In this document: in pieces, positions 62,368 to 64,000 of the stretch
How the letters are laid out: every line of letters starts with the position of its first letter
Numbering within the stretch: position 1 is the stretch's first letter
Assembly (NCBI RefSeq): GCF_048593235.1
Contig: NC_133622.1
Span: 196,509,198-196,573,197, forward strand
Source: Sminthopsis crassicaudata
Taxonomy: Eukaryota
Length of the DNA: 64,000 nt
Direction of reading: 5' to 3'
Notes under the pieces: generated by a model
Seen by the model: the letters and a program-made list of their open reading frames with translations, nothing else
What the model was told of the DNA's origin: nothing
Databases searched by the model: none
Made by a program: the position numbers and the translations under genes

Positions 62368-63029
62368 CCAAACAGTTGTTTTGCTGAACAAAAAGAATCG
62401 GACTTTGAAATAGTGTACATTTAGCCTGTGAAGGAAATCCAAAATGCAGGCGGGCAAAAATAGAGGGATTGGAAATTCTATGTAGTGGTTCATAGTCATC
62501 TCCCAGAGTCCTTTCGCTGAGTGTAGATGGTTCAGTTCATTTTTGCTCTATTGGAACTGATTTAGTTCATCTCATTGTTGGAGAGGGCCTCGTCCATCAG
62601 AATTGATCATCATATAGTATTGTTGTTGAAGTATATAATGATCTCCTGATCCTGCTCATTTCCCTCAGCCTCAGTTCATGTAAGTCTCTCCAGGCCTTTC
62701 TGAAATCATCCTGATGGTCATTTCTTACAGAACAATAATATTCCATAATATTCATATACCACAATTTATTCAGCCAATCTCCAATTGATGGGCATCCATG
62801 TAGTTTCCAGTTTCTGGCCACCACAAAGAGGGCTGGCACAAACATTCTTGCACATACAGGTCCCTTTCCCTTCTTTAAGATCTCTTTGGGATACAAACCC
62901 AGTAGAAATGCTGCTGGATCAAAGGGTATGCACAGTTTGATAACTTTTTGAGCATAGTTCCAAATTGCTCTCCAGAATGGCTGGATGTATTTGCAGTTCC
63001 ACCAACAATGTATCAGTGTCCCTATTTTC
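62174..63029 (-). mobile_element. Young 5'-truncated L1 with a (TA)n tract in its 3'UTR
   Basis: ORF 62597-63031 is the L1 ORF2 C-terminus (GTLIHCWW...YAQKVIKLCIPFDPA). Poly-T at 62174. TSD 'aaaggaag[aag]atttc' at 62161-62173 and 63030-63045. (TA)n at 62333-62365. Confidence 0.95.
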
Positions 63030-63339
63030 AAAGGAAGAAGATTTCAAGATTTCAAAAGAATAGAAAAGACTGTGGATGGGACTATTGCAAAAAAAAAAAA
63101 AAGAGAGAGAGAGAAAAGAAAAGAAAAGAAAATTACAATTACTGATTTTTATTAAAGTGATTACTGATTTATATATCAACTTTATCATCTTTATCATATC
63201 TATATGATAATGTCCATGCATTTACTGAGTATCCTTAATGAAAATATTAGAAAGAAATAAGTAGACTTCAGTAAACAATCCTCTACTCAAGATTATATTT
63301 TCAGATTCACATTTTTTTACTAAGAGGTATAGGGAATAC

Positions 63340-63540
63340 AGGATAGTGCTATGTTGAAAAGTAGCCTGGATAAAGAGTTGGACTGAAAATGAGAAAGACC
63401 AGAATTCAGATTCTGCCTTGGGTATTTACTAGCTGTGTAACACTAGAAAAGTCATAAGACCTAAGACTTTGTTGTAAGAATTAAATAAGATGTTGTATGT
63501 AAAGTGTTTTGTAAACTTTAAAGTGCTATGTGTAAGGGCT
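63340..63540 (+). mobile_element. MIR/MAR1-type SINE
   Basis: 'gaccagaattcagattctgccttgggtatttactagctgtgtaac', 'tgtatgtaaagtgttttgtaaactttaaagtgc'. Confidence 0.65.
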
Positions 63541-64000
63541 ATTTTTTAAAGAAAGCATTTGAATAATTTTTAAATTTAATAATTCTCTCTTCAATAAAGA
63601 ATATTAATGATCTTTGCTGAGATCATAAAATGTTCTTTCATATCTGAATATGGATATGCTCCTCCAATAGGCCAACCACTAGATGGAGAATTTTTTGGTC
63701 ACGGAAATCCACAAAACAAAGGGAAATGCAAAATAGTCTTCAATCTTCCTCCTTCCATAATTCTTAAATCAAAATAGTCTAAAATCAATATATTGATATA
63801 AATAGCAAAAATAATCCTGTTCAGGGATCTTTTGATCATAAATTTTGGACAGATCATAAAATAATAAATTTATCAAGGGTATTGAAGACAAATTCCCTGT
63901 AGATAGGAGATATTTATGTTTTTGTGTGACATTATATTAGTTGTGTCAAACTTGGACTGCTGCAGAGCATTCAAGAAGAGAGCTGTTACCACTCAAAAGT

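Noticed and set aside
1-64000. Endogenous viral element (bornavirus, filovirus, parvovirus, ERV), tRNA, snoRNA or miRNA
   Set aside because: No recognisable viral protein motif, LTR-PBS structure or RNA-gene fold seen. The tRNA-like A/B boxes belong to SINE heads. A blastx and Infernal scan of the unique islands would be needed to exclude these fully.

Overview
AT-rich, CpG-depleted mammalian DNA. Its repeats (WSINE1-, MAR1- and MIR-type SINEs, marsupial L1 3' ends, L2, L3/CR1, an OposCharlie-type hAT MITE) point to an Australian marsupial, probably a dasyurid (inference). There is one 157-nt assembly gap at 7449-7605. I could not recognise any host protein-coding gene, RNA gene, CRISPR array or endogenous virus. 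The only ORFs with recognisable homology are broken L1 ORF2 and CR1 reverse-transcriptase remnants. The window looks like a long intron or gene desert, roughly half old retroelements. Unique islands between the repeats carry (i) a strong CTCF core and an RFX X-box near 17 kb, (ii) homeobox/SOX-rich enhancer-like blocks near 39.4, 54.8 and 60.4 kb, and (iii) several well-formed splice-site pairs, mostly on the minus strand, which might belong to an unannotated spliced transcript. One of these opens a 56-aa ORF starting MGCYPC. I found no novel system that the sequence alone can prove. The findings are ranked leads. Repeat family names come from motif recognition, not a database search, and boundaries of old repeats are approximate.
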